NCBI GenBank assembly: GCA_951406725.2
Contig: OX597817.1
Location: 33,108,001 to 33,172,000 of the forward strand
Origin: Octopus vulgaris
Lineage: Eukaryota
Length of the DNA stretch: 64,000 bases
Reading direction: 5' to 3'
Shown here: positions 1-13,940 of the stretch, piece after piece
How positions within the stretch are numbered: position 1 is the first letter of the stretch
Layout of the letters: every line of letters begins with the position of its first letter
Translations under genes and position numbers: made by a program
Notes under the pieces: generated by a model
Told to the model about the DNA's origin: nothing
Database searches by the model: none
The model's input: only the letters and a program-made list of their open reading frames with translations

Positions 1-44
1 AGATACAGACAGAGACTTCATTATTGAAACTCATTTACTTGCAG

Positions 45-233
45 CAGTTCTTCCAACATTAACCTATCAAGCTCCATCACCACCAGTTATTGTGGCATCC
101 GTCATGCCACCATCTCCCACCTCTTGCTTGTTTCCCTCTCAAGTACAGCAACCACATCTTGGCACCAACATCCCGCGTCCACCACTGCCACCATACCATG
201 TTGCAGTGCAGAGTGCTTCAATGAACTCTTCAG
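45..233 (+). CDS. RAPGEF2: Internal coding exon of PDZ-GEF (RAPGEF2/6-like), Pro-rich C-terminal region
   Basis: Acceptor TTACTTGCAG(CAG) at 43-47 and donor CAG|GTGAGA at 233/234. Translates VLPTLTYQAPSPPVIVASVMPPSPTSCLFPSQVQQPHLGTNIPRPPLPPYHVAVQSASMNSS with an LPxY motif. The phase-1 end joins the 8008 exon in frame. The 5' boundary is uncertain because the frame is open back to base 2. Confidence 0.7.
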
Positions 234-1191
234 GTGAGACTTCGGAATCATGGGTATTCTCCAAGTACTAACTTGCAAAGCTACTTAGAACTTCATTTTT
301 CATTAAATCGTTTCTTGGAATTAGTTTAATACTGCATTCGCCTCCATCAACTGCTCTGGAATTTTGGGAAATTTCTTTGAAATAAAAGGAGAGGGTTAAA
401 AAAATTTAAAGGGTTAATTAATCTTCTGATTAATTTTTAATCACCTAATCTGAAGCTGGGTATATAATGTATATATTATGATATATATATTGCTTATAAC
501 AGTCAAGTGACAAGGTACTCAATACATAATATAGAGTATAAATTATAAGTATTTGGCTGAAGGTGTATACTGTTTCTTACCTAAGTTTCACATTTACATG
601 ATTAGTCATATGGTAGCATAGCATACTATAATGAAATATTCCATTATCTAAGATGATATTTAAGGGCCTAACTATTTCATTGGCTATCAGTGACTACGTT
701 AGCAATTCATAAGGGGTAATAATTCCCAGCTGGAAGAAAACATTTTTCATCTGGGGAGATAACTTTGACATGATGCCAAAATGATTGTAGCAAAAATAAG
801 GAAAAATAATTTCCTAAAATAATTTTGACTTCACATGATTCAATAATTTTTCATGTATTATTATTTTAAAGGGTTTGCCTTATGTGTGTCACATGGTATT
901 CTTAAGAACATGTTTTTCCAGCACGGTGGGGATGTGATTGAACTTGGTTAATATTTTAATGTGATTTTACTTGTTAAATCTTATCCTGTTCTGTAAGTTG
1001 GCTGTAGATTGTGGGTTCAACCAGTTGGACATCTGAAATCTGTTGATACACGTTATGCTTGATTTGGAGTTCAAATTTTTTTGCATTGAGGCATGATAAT
1101 GAGATTTCATCTCTCCTGTTCCAAGCACAATCAGTCAAGATTCTGACTTTCTCAGAAACACATAAATGACGACAGCTAATGATTTGCAATG

Positions 1192-1387
1192 CATTGTGAG
1201 GTTATTTATTTTGTTTTTCAAAAACCAGATACATTTCACAAATAATGTTACATTACCCATATTTCTGGTCCCAAATGAATGTATGTGCAGCACCTTTCTC
1301 CATTCAGGTCTAGAAATAAGTACAATCTAATATCCTTTGTGAAATGTATTTGATTTTTGAAAGACAAGGGAAAACAACCTCACAATG
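1192..1387. mobile_element. Foldback/MITE-like element with ~50-bp imperfect inverted repeats (intron)
   Basis: CATTGTGAGGTTATTT...ATACATTTCACAAA pairs with TTTGTGAAATGTATT...AAAACAACCTCACAATG. Confidence 0.65.
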
Positions 1388-2009
1388 AAATGAAGGAAGA
1401 TTGCAAAGACATACAACAATTTTGATAATTGCTATTGTAATCTGTTTGTGATTGGAAAAATTCAAGATCTTGCCTCTGTCTGGCTTTATCTTGAATATGA
1501 AAGATGAAACATTCTTGTCAAGCCTCCTTACAAAGAAATTTGAAGTTTAATCTTTCAGGCATATTGTTGTACCAACAAACTTACAAGTTCAAGCTCATTG
1601 AATACATAACCTACAGCTGACTTAGAACATATTGACAGATAAACTCAAGTTATATTAATTCCTAACAAATAAAGTCATTCGCTCTTTCTCAAGAAAATCT
1701 TGTTGTTGTGCAGAACCTCTGATGAGATGGCTACCAGAGAACCCACAGAGACATCTTTAGCATCAAGCCAAACCAAAACTATTTTAGTTTATTATTTTTG
1801 CTACAAAAATTTCACATCAAATGAAAGTTTGCTCTCAAGTTGGAAATTACAATTACCATTTTTTATGAATTACATTGTGTGTATTAGCCAATGACATAGG
1901 GAGATCTCAACATCAATTTGGATAAAGAAACATTTTATTATAGTACATAATGCTACCATTTGACTGATTCTGTTAACAAGAAACTTCAGTAATAACATAC
2001 AGGTTTAGC

Positions 2010-2050
<41 letters not shown>

Positions 2051-5000
2051 ACATACACATTGATTCAAAGCTGATTTACATTGTTGCCTCCGAGTTTTTC
2101 ATTATGTGTGGCCTTGTTGCCTGAAGGATTGCATGTTGTCAGAAATGAAGTAAATCATCAGTTTTGAACAAGTGTATGTATACATATGATTTATATAGTC
2201 TCTACATCATTACTCAGAGTTTCATCAAATAGTTAAAGTAGTTAGCTATTAAATTTAAGCCATTTGGATCTTCAATTAACTAAAACAACTCATTTATGTG
2301 TCCATTTTGGTAGTGGTTGTCATTCAACCTAGTACAAGAGGAGTAATTCACTCCTAAATTTATGGGTTGCTTTCAGATGAACAGCATTTCTGAGAGATAA
2401 CAATGATTATCAATAAAAATTGGAGTGTACCGTTCATATAAAAAAGAAGCAGGAATGGTGGGGTCAGTTTTGTCACCAAATTGTACAACATACCCAGTGA
2501 AAAGTGACCTACATTATACTAAACATGTCATCTGTCCAAAATATTGCAAAATTAGGTGATGAACATTCTAACCTCCTTTCTAACAAAGTTACCCTTATTA
2601 AGGTGGCCCCACATTACAATAGTACTTTAGTAGATATAAGCTTCAAAAACAAAATTGAATGTTCTCTCAAACACCCCATCCTCTTGAACTAAGTACAAAC
2701 TCTGTAATATTACCTGGTTTATACTTTATGTAGTTCTTAAATGTATAGACTTGGCCCTAATAACACTTTCACATTGTTAACAGAAAAATTTCAACTGGAG
2801 CTGTTGAAAGCTTGCTATTGTTGCCCTTACAAATGTAATGAACATCGTAACACACAAATCAACAGGAACAAGATGCACAAGCAGATTACACTGGAGTGCA
2901 CTGAAGCAAGCTCATGCAACCACTCTCATGATGCTGAAGCGGTAGAGTATGAAGCTACAGCTGTCTCTACAAAACCAACTGAATCTCTTGATAGTAAATA
3001 TTACATAGGAATAGTCAGGGAAAAGTTCAAGCAGTGATATACCAACCACACTGCTTCTTTCTGGCCCATTGATATGAGGACAACTGCAGCCTTGTCTTAT
3101 TACAATTTTTGGCTAAAAGAGAACATCAGGCATAAAATAAAATGGAAGATACTGTGTATGGAGTAGGCTGTGTATACATATGTCAGAAGGCATGCTAATT
3201 ATGCTGCATCATACTGAATAGCATCAAATCAAAAGTCCCCTGAAATGTTTTAATATCAGTTCAGAGGTTTTTTGTAGCGAGTGTTGCTACTTTGACTAGT
3301 TTCTGTTGAAATTTTGAAAGCCTGTATCACCAAGCAGGTGCAGACAGAATCACAGCCATTTCACTACCCTGTTGTCTTGCTTTATACTCCGCATTTTATA
3401 TGGCTCCACACCTACTTCTAGCTTATAGAATTTATATATTACACAAACATTTATGGAGCCTGAAATACCATCCTGGATCTCTATCTGACTTAAATCCTTG
3501 TAAGTCTACATTCTTCCAATTCGCTCCCTTTCGTCCTTATTGTGTTTTGCCTGATTAATAACTTAATTTATTATTGGTAATCTTTATTATCTCTGAAAAC
3601 CATCACCCAACCAATCCAAATGAAACAACTCATAACCTTAGAAATGAAGTATTTCTCCTGCATTATGCTGCACATGACATGAGGCAGCCACTTTCAAAAT
3701 GAACACACAGATAACTTGATGTGTGTATTAGAGATCCAAAAGAATTTAAAAACTCTCATGAAGACATTATGTAACTATTTGATGAAACTCTGAGTAACAA
3801 TGCTACCAATTCTGAACACTGTATAGATCACATACTTCACTCTACTTTGTGTTGAGTACTCTCTCCATGGTTCATGTCATTCCCATTACGGTACAATTAT
3901 TACATATATTTGGTTAATTCTCATCCTTCATTTGGGGCTGAAAATAATTGCTATTTTAGAAATTGATTAATTACAGCTTGAAGTGTGAAATAGTTTAACT
4001 TTAAACTCATTTTGGAAGTCATTAACCAGCATTATTCTTTGAGGAATCATTGCATCTAAATTTGAATAACTATTGTGCTTCCATTATTAACTGCTACCAC
4101 AGTAATGGTGGTGATGATGGTGGTGGTGGGTAAATCATTGAAAATTGAACCAGCAACCTTGTGGTAAACTGCTATCAATTAGAATATTGCCATATCTTAG
4201 GCGACTAACTTCATCTGTGGCTGTTCGTGCTGACCGCATGTATATAACCTTGGATGGCTTTTTTCACATCTGGATTTAAAATATATCCGTTATCTTTAAG
4301 AAGCTGATTTTCTATTAAGATTTAAAAACAAAAAAAAATGTTAATTAATTGGTGTTTAACGACATCCTCATAATGCTTATTTTCATTCATAAAACATTTT
4401 CTAATGCTTGGCTAACTAAAAATATCAATTAACCCTTATAACTATTTCCTCATTATGATCAAAATAAGAGGATTTTTTTTCTATATGCTGACTATATTGA
4501 AATGGTTGATTTTGTATTTTTGCTAATTTCATGACTTAGAAAATTGCATGTAGTTCTTGATTCATTTACACTTTAGATATATCTGTGGATGCTGCAAGGT
4601 ACTGATGTCAGGTTACAACTCTTACACTTTGCGTATGCTTTACCAAAAACATAATTATGATGTACATTTTAATGAAAATTTTCCATGTTTCTTTATCAGT
4701 CCTTTTAAAATTTTTTTTTTTTTTTTTTGTTGGAACATTAAACTTTTGAGGTTCATTGATATTTTAAAATTTAACTGAATTTCTGTATGAAATGAATTTA
4801 GTGGCAATTCTTGCAGTTTTATTGTAGTCAAGAATTACGTGTAGATGTCACATTTATTATCACTAGACTTTAAAGTATTTTTACTATTGACATCAGGTTT
4901 CTTTCATCAATCAGAATATAATCTGATGTGATAGCTATGTTGTTAAAGTGTGCTGTGTTAAGGTCTTGCATTTATATTTGTATATGTGTAGTTTTTGTGA

Positions 5001-8000
5001 CCAGTCTTATAGTTTTCTTTTAGGAATTGTTTTCATGTAAGATAGTTGTGTAAATACATGTGGTAGTGGCTTTATGTTGTAGATGAATGGCAACCTGGAA
5101 AACAAAAGTGATATTTGTATCTGTATATATTTTTCATGTGTTGATCTGGAGAAAGGGCTATGGCCACGACCTTCGCAAGCCTTCTGAGAGCTGAGAAAAT
5201 GATGCAATCAGAATTCTTCTTCTATGATTTGCAAGTCAATGATTGTTGGAAAGGCATGTGCAGAGAGTTCTAGAGGGATAGCATTTTGGGGAAGAAGGAC
5301 TGGAGATAGTGGTTAGTACAAAATCTAGGGTGAGGTGGACACCGTGTAAGTATGAGAAAGAGGAATGAGTTAGGGGTGTCTGAGTGAAGGTGACATGCGA
5401 CCAGCCAGCTTTGAAGGGAACTGACCGTTGAAGTAATGGTAGAAAAGAGAGAAAGAAGAGACATGCTTGGAGGTTGGAGTATTTTGGTGTTTGACTATAT
5501 GCTAATAATCCACAGTGACGACATGCCAGTCATCCTTTCCTTGGATCTTGTCTTGGATGCTTATGTAAATAATACTATCAGCACTACCCCAGATATGTGT
5601 GCAATATTCCATTGTGAATCTTACCTGATCTTTGTAAAGGATTAGCTGTTACTTTAGATATTTTCTGCTTCTTTCTTACCAACTAGTCATACATCAACAA
5701 CAAGGAACCCTTCCAACTCACTGCATGAAGCACAACTAGATAATTGTTTTATCACTTGATATAATTTTAATTGTATATAGAATTCTTAACAAAAATGTTG
5801 TCTTAGAAGCTATATTGTAAAATGTTAAGAAAATCTCAGCCCATAGATTACACACTTGAACTGATACCAGGCATCACAAACCAACTGTTTTCTGGAAGAA
5901 GCTTGATGTCACTAATAAAAAATTTTAAATTTTGTAATAACATATGGCAGTGTTTCTGTGATTCTTGTCTACAATAAAATATGGAAAAAAAAATGAGATC
6001 TGGAAGATCTTGAAATGTCAGTGGACCTCAAAAATTTATTGTTCCAAATAAAACATAAAAGAAACATGAATAGATTCTTAATATAAAGGTTAAAACTGGA
6101 CGATAGTCATAGTTTAAATATCATCACTGTGCTGTGTACATAGCTAAAACAAACTTGTGTTCAAGTGGTATGGTCCAAAATACATGTGTGCATAAATAAT
6201 TAGTTTCTGCAGCAAAAGTATTGTGGGAGTGGCAAGTGTTTTGGTGATGTGCAGTGTTGAAGCCAACTCTACCTTGAAGAGATATGACCACCATTAAGTT
6301 AATTTGTCATATGTTCATGGCATGAGAACAGATTTTCCAGCGGTGCTTCAATGACCGATGGATTACTGAACTTAAACATCTTGTAGTTCTACTTCAATTC
6401 CATTATGGAGAGTGGGGGACAATGTTGTCAGTATGCAGAATATTGATATCAAACTGATTATAATGATGTCCTTCAACACGAGGGAAAGAATTCGGTTTTC
6501 TGGAATGGTAATCAATTCTTGCGTGTCCTTATTATTTCCTCTCTTATATTTTTCTGCAACTGTGGTTGGTTGTGTTATCATTGAAAATATCGACTCAGTT
6601 ACCACATAGAGATATATCCTTTTAGAATCAAGTATTTATCTTAAAGTCCCATTTTAACTGGAGCATGTTATGCCACAGAATCAACTCTTTATGCAAACTG
6701 CAGTTCTCTGCAATCAAGCTATTTCTTCACAAATGACCATTTTTAACTACTTCATAAGTAGGATATTTCTCAGGGTGTATTTAAGATTTTGCTTGGTCAT
6801 CTGATTATTCACTCCAAATTCATCCAATCTACTTGAATTTTTCTTTTCTTTTAATAGTGGTTACAGCTTCTTCCAATTCTGTTTTCCTTGCAATTTACAC
6901 ATTTTGTTAGGAATTTTTTCCATTTTTTTCTCGATTGCTTTTTACAAATGTTAAATTTCCATTGAAGTAAGAACCACTTGTAAACACAAGTTTAGCTTTT
7001 AATAGTTTTAAATTGTGCGATTTCAATAGATATGATTTTGTCATAAAATTTATTGCTTAAATAATTTTGTATACGTTTCCTGTTAAATCAACATTTTAAA
7101 CTTCAAAGTTATGTAATACTGCTTTAAATCTATGAATCACCTCATCCATTTATATCATACATCTAATAAACACAAGTTCTGATATTTTCAATAGAAGATT
7201 GGTGGTGGAGGTGGGTGGGTATGTTGGTACATGGAAGCTTTCAATACATTGTGTGAACAGAGTTTATGAAAAATATCATTTGTGTGATCTCTGAAATCAT
7301 TTGAAATGATTCTTTAATTCTCTAGATCAGTCAGAGAGAAACTGCTGGATATTTTGTTGCTGTTCTATACTGGGTTGGGTTTGGATTATTGTTACTGGCA
7401 CTGATCAGTTGATGGATCTTAGGAAAATGGCAATAACTGCTGGATATTTCTTAGTTTTTAATTCATATAGCAGTAAGAGTTGCTTATTAGACCAAACAAG
7501 TTGTGCACTTTTTTTCTTCCTCCAAAGATGTAACTGTGATTACATGCAGGGGTAGAAAGCTGTTGGGGAAGATATGAAAGTATTGTAGTGCAAACAACCT
7601 CTAGGGTTGATTATGGCTATAGATTGTGGTTATATAACTACTATATATAAAAATGTCGGACTGAAGAAAGATTGATTCATTTTTAAGTGTACTTTTAATA
7701 AATATTTCAATTCTTTACTATTTTTCTTTTTTCTTCTTTTTTTATATTTTATTTTTGAAAAACAGATTTAAACTAGAAAGTGTTATACTCTTCTAACAAG
7801 TGTTTACATGTGTAATAACCTCCCCCACTTCCTGCTGCTGCATGTTTCTTGCATATATTTAAAAAATTGCTTGCCTAACTGCATGATTGGTTGCATGATT
7901 CTTTGTGAGTATGTGTGTGTTTATTGTTGTTTTTCTGCATCCCACCTTGACTATTAATTGTCAAGTATGATTGTTCTTAACATTGGATAATTTTCCCTTC

Positions 8001-8007
8001 TCGGCAG

Positions 8008-8193
8008 CTTATAGTCACTGCATCCAACAGACATACACGAACATGCGTCGGCCACCCTTGCCTGACTACCATTCTGCTACCCAAATGGCTCATCTTGCAC
8101 GCCAGAAACAAACTTGGCAATTGGAACGAGCCCATTCACATGAAGGGGTGATAGGATACTACAATGAGGAAGAATTTGAGGCAACTGAGGACG
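8008..8193 (+). CDS. RAPGEF2: Internal coding exon of PDZ-GEF (RAPGEF2/6-like)
   Basis: Acceptor TTTTCCCTTCTCGGCAG|, donor GACG|GTATGT, 186 nt, phase 1/1. Translates AYSHCIQQTYTNMRRPPLPDYHSATQMAHLARQKQTWQLERAHSHEGVIGYYNEEEFEATED. PPLPDY resembles the PPDY WW-binding motif near the C-terminus of RAPGEF2/6. Confidence 0.8.
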
Positions 8194-8508
8194 GTATGTG
8201 AAAATAAGACATAGATGTTCTTGGTGTGCAATAATTGTTAGATATTGAATTTTCCAAACGATCTTAATTACCTAAGGATTAGGTTTGTTATGTGGCAGTC
8301 AGGAAAACTTTTTGAATTTTTAAAAAAAAAAAAAACCCTTCTTTTTTCCTTTTAAGACTTTTCTCTACTAATAACATTTAGAATTTAATGGTAATGAACT
8401 TAATAGCTACTGACAATAATCATCTTTTGACTTGCTTCTGTTATAAGACAGGACAAACTGCTGCTCTAATTTTACATAGTGAATACATATGGATGTGTAT
8501 GTAAGCAA

Positions 8509-8551
<43 letters not shown>

Positions 8552-8903
8552 CATACACATAGTAAAATTGACAAAAAGACTATAGTGAACTTGTCAAGAG
8601 AAGTAGAAAATCCAGTGTTTCAGATAATATCCTTCTTCAGCAAAAATGTGACAGAAGTGAAAGTAGAGGCACAGCTGTTGCAACCAGTTTTTTTCTAAAT
8701 ATTTTTTCAACTTAGAGGATGTAAAACTCTGGTGTTTATCTTTAATTTTACTCCTGTCCACTGACTCTGTCGAAAATGTTGGATTTTCCACTCCCTACAG
8801 CAAGCTCATTATAGTCTTTTTGTTGATTTTTACTAAATACAAGTCTTCCTGATGAAAACCAACTCCAGTCTCTTTGGAGCCTGCCTGACCATATGTGTAT
8901 GTA

Positions 8904-8941
<38 letters not shown>

Positions 8942-10477
8942 TATACATGTATAAGATTTTCTGTAATCTCTTTGAAAACAGCCTGACTTGGAACAAAACT
9001 GCAACTTGCTCTCTGCTGGGTATTATTGATATTATCCAAAGAAATTGCTAAACCATGCCGATCTGTTTCTGCATCCTTCTGATCTCATCACAAGATCTCT
9101 TTCTCCTTATTCTGCATTGTGTATAATATGTATTACTAAGATTTTCTGAACTTCTTTGACTGACTCCTACACATAACAGAAATCCTATGTAATATTTCTT
9201 TCTATACTTCTGGTCACTTTTCCAATCTCATTTCTTTCAACTGACATTTTTTTGTCAGAAATCTTTCTACTTCTGATACATCTTAACTAAAATGGTTTAT
9301 AAAAGAGCAAGCACTTTTGTGTACTTAGCTGTTGACTTCAGTCCTATAAAGCTTTATTGATCACTTTGCAAAACAGCAATATGAATATTTAAGCTTTCTT
9401 TTAAAATATCGATATCACTCTCTTTCTGCATATGATCTTCCTGTTATTTGCTTCCAGTTTTAGATATCTACAAATCTACACTAATCGCAGCTTTCTATTA
9501 TTTCACATAGTTTCTGTATGAATTTTGCGTGTGCACCTTTTTTTTTGTGTGTGAGTATTGTCTATGCACACCTGAATTCAAGATTAAAAACCATATTGGT
9601 ATAATATTATAAAAATGTTAAAGGCTTTCTTACAGTCTTCCTGTACATCTATAAAAAACTTGCTGAGTAAACTGTAAATGCTTTCTCCCCCTTCCCTCTC
9701 CACAGAAAAAGTGTTTTGATATCAGTTGTTATTGAACGCAATATCTACTGTGACTTAAGATTTCAAATTGTTTAGAGATTATCTTAGAGATAATGCATAT
9801 TGTAAACCAGAAGAGAATTACAGAGAAGAGCAAAATTTATCTTGAGTGAAATGTAAGATAGGATTTGATAATTACATACTTTGTTTTCTACTATTCAGAG
9901 GTTTGTAGGGAACTTAATCTTTATAAAATTATCTGCCTTTAGACCATTGTGAGAAATCTTTACTATTACTGTCACTATCTACATTAGCTTTCCTTTATAC
10001 TTGTAATAATGCAATATTTTCTTAATTGCACTATTATTGCTACTTGTTGTCATACAGATTATGCCATTGAGAAAACTCAATAACCGTAGTCAAGTTTAAA
10101 CTCACAGCTTGTGGTCAACACTCCAGCAGTTTAATCTCACAGCTGTTGTGTCTCATTTATGTTTTATTTTAATATTTCCTTGTAAATTTTTTCGTATTAG
10201 GTTTTCTCCACTACTTCTTAAACTGGACCATATTCCTCTTCAGTAAATCTTAAAATATTTTGCAAATTTTTTAAAGTTCTTCTTACAAAATTATAAATCT
10301 CCTTTTAAATTGTGAATGTATATCATAAAGGATCAGCATTCATCTCCATTCTCTTATATTCTCCATTTGAACTACTTTTTGATTTTCAAATGTAGAAAGA
10401 TATGAGAAGTACATTAGGTTCTTATGTGGGCCTTTTTTGTTTTGAAACAAACATCATTCCACTGCGCATTCTACTCA

Positions 10478-10614
10478 TTAACCTTTAGCATGCTTAGATG
10501 CATCTTACAACTGTATGGGTTTCCTTCCCTGTAGCTGCTTGCACATTTTGTCACATTGAGAGGGGAGGAAACTTGTATAGTGACATGATGCACCTACAAT
10601 GTGCTAAAAGTTAA
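10478..10614. mobile_element. TTAA-flanked MITE (piggyBac-like), copy 1
   Basis: TTAA-CCTTTAGCA...TGCTAAAAG-TTAA. Internal sequence GTGACATGATGCACCT is shared with the copy at 16963. Confidence 0.6.
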
Positions 10615-11117
10615 AGTGAAGAGCTATCAAAAACAATGTTAAAACATGTAGCATAGTTTATATTGATACAGGCTGCATTTGTAAGAAAACATGAAATTTT
10701 ATTTGATAATTGAAAGTCCATCAATATGAGGTGCAATCTAATAAGTAGAAACCAATTAGTTAAATTATTAATTTATAAATAGTAATCTATAGAAATATAC
10801 ACACTTTACATGTAGGTGTGAATTTTCATAAAATTTTGCAGATTCTATTTCATTAGTGAAAGATTCATTTTGGTGTTACCTTAAAGGTCTTCTTTTGAGC
10901 TGAGGACAAAAATATTAACAATTTCAAATGACGGAGATAGAATTTTTCAATAACAATACCAATGAATCTTTACTGTTTTGGTATTTAGTTCCTATCATCT
11001 TGAAGTGTTTAGTTATGTTTAACTTGAGTAAATATTGGGATTGATTAAATGAACTGCTCTTGAAAAACTGATGGTTATGAATTAAGTATAAGTTGACTGT
11101 GAACTAAAAGCCTGAAA

Positions 11118-11172
<55 letters not shown>

Positions 11173-12994
11173 TCTGTGTATAAATTAACAAAAAAAAAAA
11201 AAATTATGTGAAAATCTGAGAGAAAGATTAAATAATACCTGCTTTTTATAGTTATTTTTAATTATTGTCATCAAACATACATGTATAGCCTGCTTCATTT
11301 CTTTAAAAAAAAACAAAAAACAAAACCACATCTCCAAAAAACAAATATTGTTATAATTTTTATTACTTTCTACTTTTTCTTAATAGTAGAAAATAATGAA
11401 TAATTAAAATAAATAATTAAAGCAATAGTAATTTTATTAGAGATGTCACATGATTGTGAAATATTGGTGTAAGGTTTTGACAGAAATATAATTTTCTACA
11501 TAAATAATATACAAATACAAATGCACATTCTTAGACAGTGTTGGAAATTAGCAACTAGAAACATTACCTAAGATTATATAAATTTGTACAATATTTTTGT
11601 AAGGGAAAAGACAAAGAATATTCCACTTGACATCCTTTGTGTCTCCTGTGATATATAACACAAAACCCATCAACATATAAATGATTTGGGTTTCTCCAGA
11701 ACTTATTATTTTTGTCATTTCTTAATATTTTGTTTCTTTTTTTTTTAATGATTTTCTTTGATGATAACATCTGTATTGTTATATCCCTTTAATTAGTGGG
11801 AGTTAGGTGATGGAGACCCAATTCCATTTAGATCCTCAAACAATATGCTTCTTTTTGTTGCTGGTTTAGTCATTGAATGAACAATCAGATGTGCAATGTT
11901 ATCTCTCTTATGAGATTTCCATTCATCTGTAGACCTGTCTAATACTGGTCATCAACTTTTGCTCATCGGCTTTCCATGTCTCTATATTAGAGAAAATAAT
12001 TTTGTTATAAACTTTAGAGAGGTCAAAGAATATGTTTCATAATTCTTGCAAGGTCATATTTTTCAGGGTTTTTTTTTGTTTCTCTGCTGCCTACTTTCAG
12101 CAGGGAAATGGTGTAAATTTGATTCTTGTTACACCTTTAATCACAGACTTGTTGGGAATTGATGATAATGCATATCTTGGGTGGCTCATTTGTTTAAAAA
12201 AAATTTGTGTATTGTCAAAAGTCTTTCTATATGGATTTCTGCACAGTGCCGTCACATCTTAGATAAATTCATTTGTTGTCATATGGAATTTCAAACTCTG
12301 AGGGGCATGTCGATGTATGTGAAGAAAGATGTCGTTTTCCACTGCTTCGTAATAAAATTGGTTTTCATTTACCAGTAATGTCAGACGTTCAGTTTCAAAT
12401 TTCATTATGTCATGGGCAGCAATGTTGTTTAATGTGAAGATGCTAAGATGCTATTAAAAATGTTTTATTCCACCTGCTGCCATTGTAATAACACTTGTCT
12501 GTCACTGAATCTTTTATTACCAAACAAAGTACTTTTATAGATTTTATTCATTGTTGTACATGAAAGACAGATGTAATCAGCTGGTCTTTGTGTAGAATAT
12601 CTACCTGGACAGAAAAAGAGATATCAACTGGACTGGTTTCAATCCTGTGTTGGAATTTCATTAGTGACTTTATCAGCTATCTACTGCCTGTAAACCCACC
12701 ATTACTAAATACTTAAGTAGATCAAATAGATTTAATTGCATATGTATGTCCTTAGTAACTAGATTGATTAACAAGTTACTAGTGTAGTAACAGTATTTTC
12801 TTTTAATGCTATATGTAATACATCTATAGATGTTAGCCAACATTAAAAGATAGATGTAAGCACCTTGCCTTCTTTGAGCCGAAAAAGAGTATCCTTCTTA
12901 ACTACATTCACTTTGTTTTCTTGTAATTGCTCTACAAGAATTCTTATTAAAAGATGCACTATATTCTTCTTCTGTGGGTCAAACAAAAGGTTTA

Positions 12995-13105
12995 AATCCT
13001 TAAAATCCTTAAAAATGTTTTAGCCCGAAGGCTGTGGCCATGCTGGGGCACCACCACTGAAAAATATTCTGGAGATGCCGGGGATCGAACCCGGGGCCTT
13101 TCGCA
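12995..13105 (-). mobile_element. 5'-truncated retroposon: tRNA-Ala 3' half fused to a SINE/RTE-type tail
   Basis: The minus strand reads TGCGAAAGGCCCCGGGTTCGATCCCCGGCATCTCCA (13105-13070; tRNA-Ala variable loop, T-arm and acceptor strand), then TTTTT, then GGTGGTGCCCCAGCATGGCCACAGCC as in local SINE tails. AGGTTTA occurs on both sides (12988, 13105). Confidence 0.7.
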
Positions 13106-13871
13106 GGTTTATTTAATAATATTGAGAAAATGACCGAATATAACTGGCCACTGTAGAAGGCCAGAGGTTACAGTGGTCAAAATGTTGTAAGTATAGCAAC
13201 CAAAATGAGGTACTAGTTCAAATGTGTTTAAATAGAAAAATAGGGAAAAAGAAAAGAAGTACAGCTGCCACTCAGTATCAAGGTGGAGTTGATAGTATGT
13301 ATCATTCTTTCATTATTAGTTTTAGTAGCTATGTAATCATGTACCATCTTGACCATCCCACCTCTGAAGAGAGCTGAAGAGAGTACTAGCATTTGGTTGG
13401 TGCTCATTTTCAGCTGAATAAACTGGAGCAACATGATATGAAGTGCCTTGCTCAAGGACACACCCTACCATCTTAATCCAAAAATCAGACTCGTGATCTT
13501 AGGATTATGAGTCCAACATCCTGACCAACTCTTCATTTACCAAAAGTGTGTAATAATGGATAATTCCTCATGTCTGGGAATCGGATAACAGTAAGAGGCC
13601 ATTAGGGGCAATTGTATTTTATCTTATTTTTTTGATGTTGATTATTCCTTAATTTTTATTTCTGATTAAAGCTTTCCTCACTATCTGTGTATCCCTTATT
13701 TTTACATTCATACACTTTCACAACAACCCATACACATACCCTTGTAATCCAATAGATTTTTCTCCTCTTGCTTTGTAGTGGTAGTTCATAAATTATTGAG
13801 TGTTTAAGTTATGCCCTGACTTAGGGCTGCACAAGTAAATGTTATTTTCTTTTGTGTCCCGGATTTTTCAG

Positions 13872-13940
13872 GCAGCAGTAATAATGCTTGTCCTGCTGAA
13901 AACACCACAAATTCTTCAGATCATTCCTCCCCCCTCATTG
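13872..13940 (+). CDS. RAPGEF2: Putative 69-nt symmetric cassette exon of the RAPGEF2-like gene
   Basis: Acceptor TTTTTCAG|, strong donor ATTG|GTGAGT, 23 codons, phase 1/1, no stop (GSSNNACPAENTTNSSDHSSPLI). GCATG motifs lie downstream. Confidence 0.55.

Noticed and set aside
6100-7150. Possible old DNA-transposon coding remnant on the minus strand (PLENLFS string)
   Set aside because: Too decayed to assign by eye.
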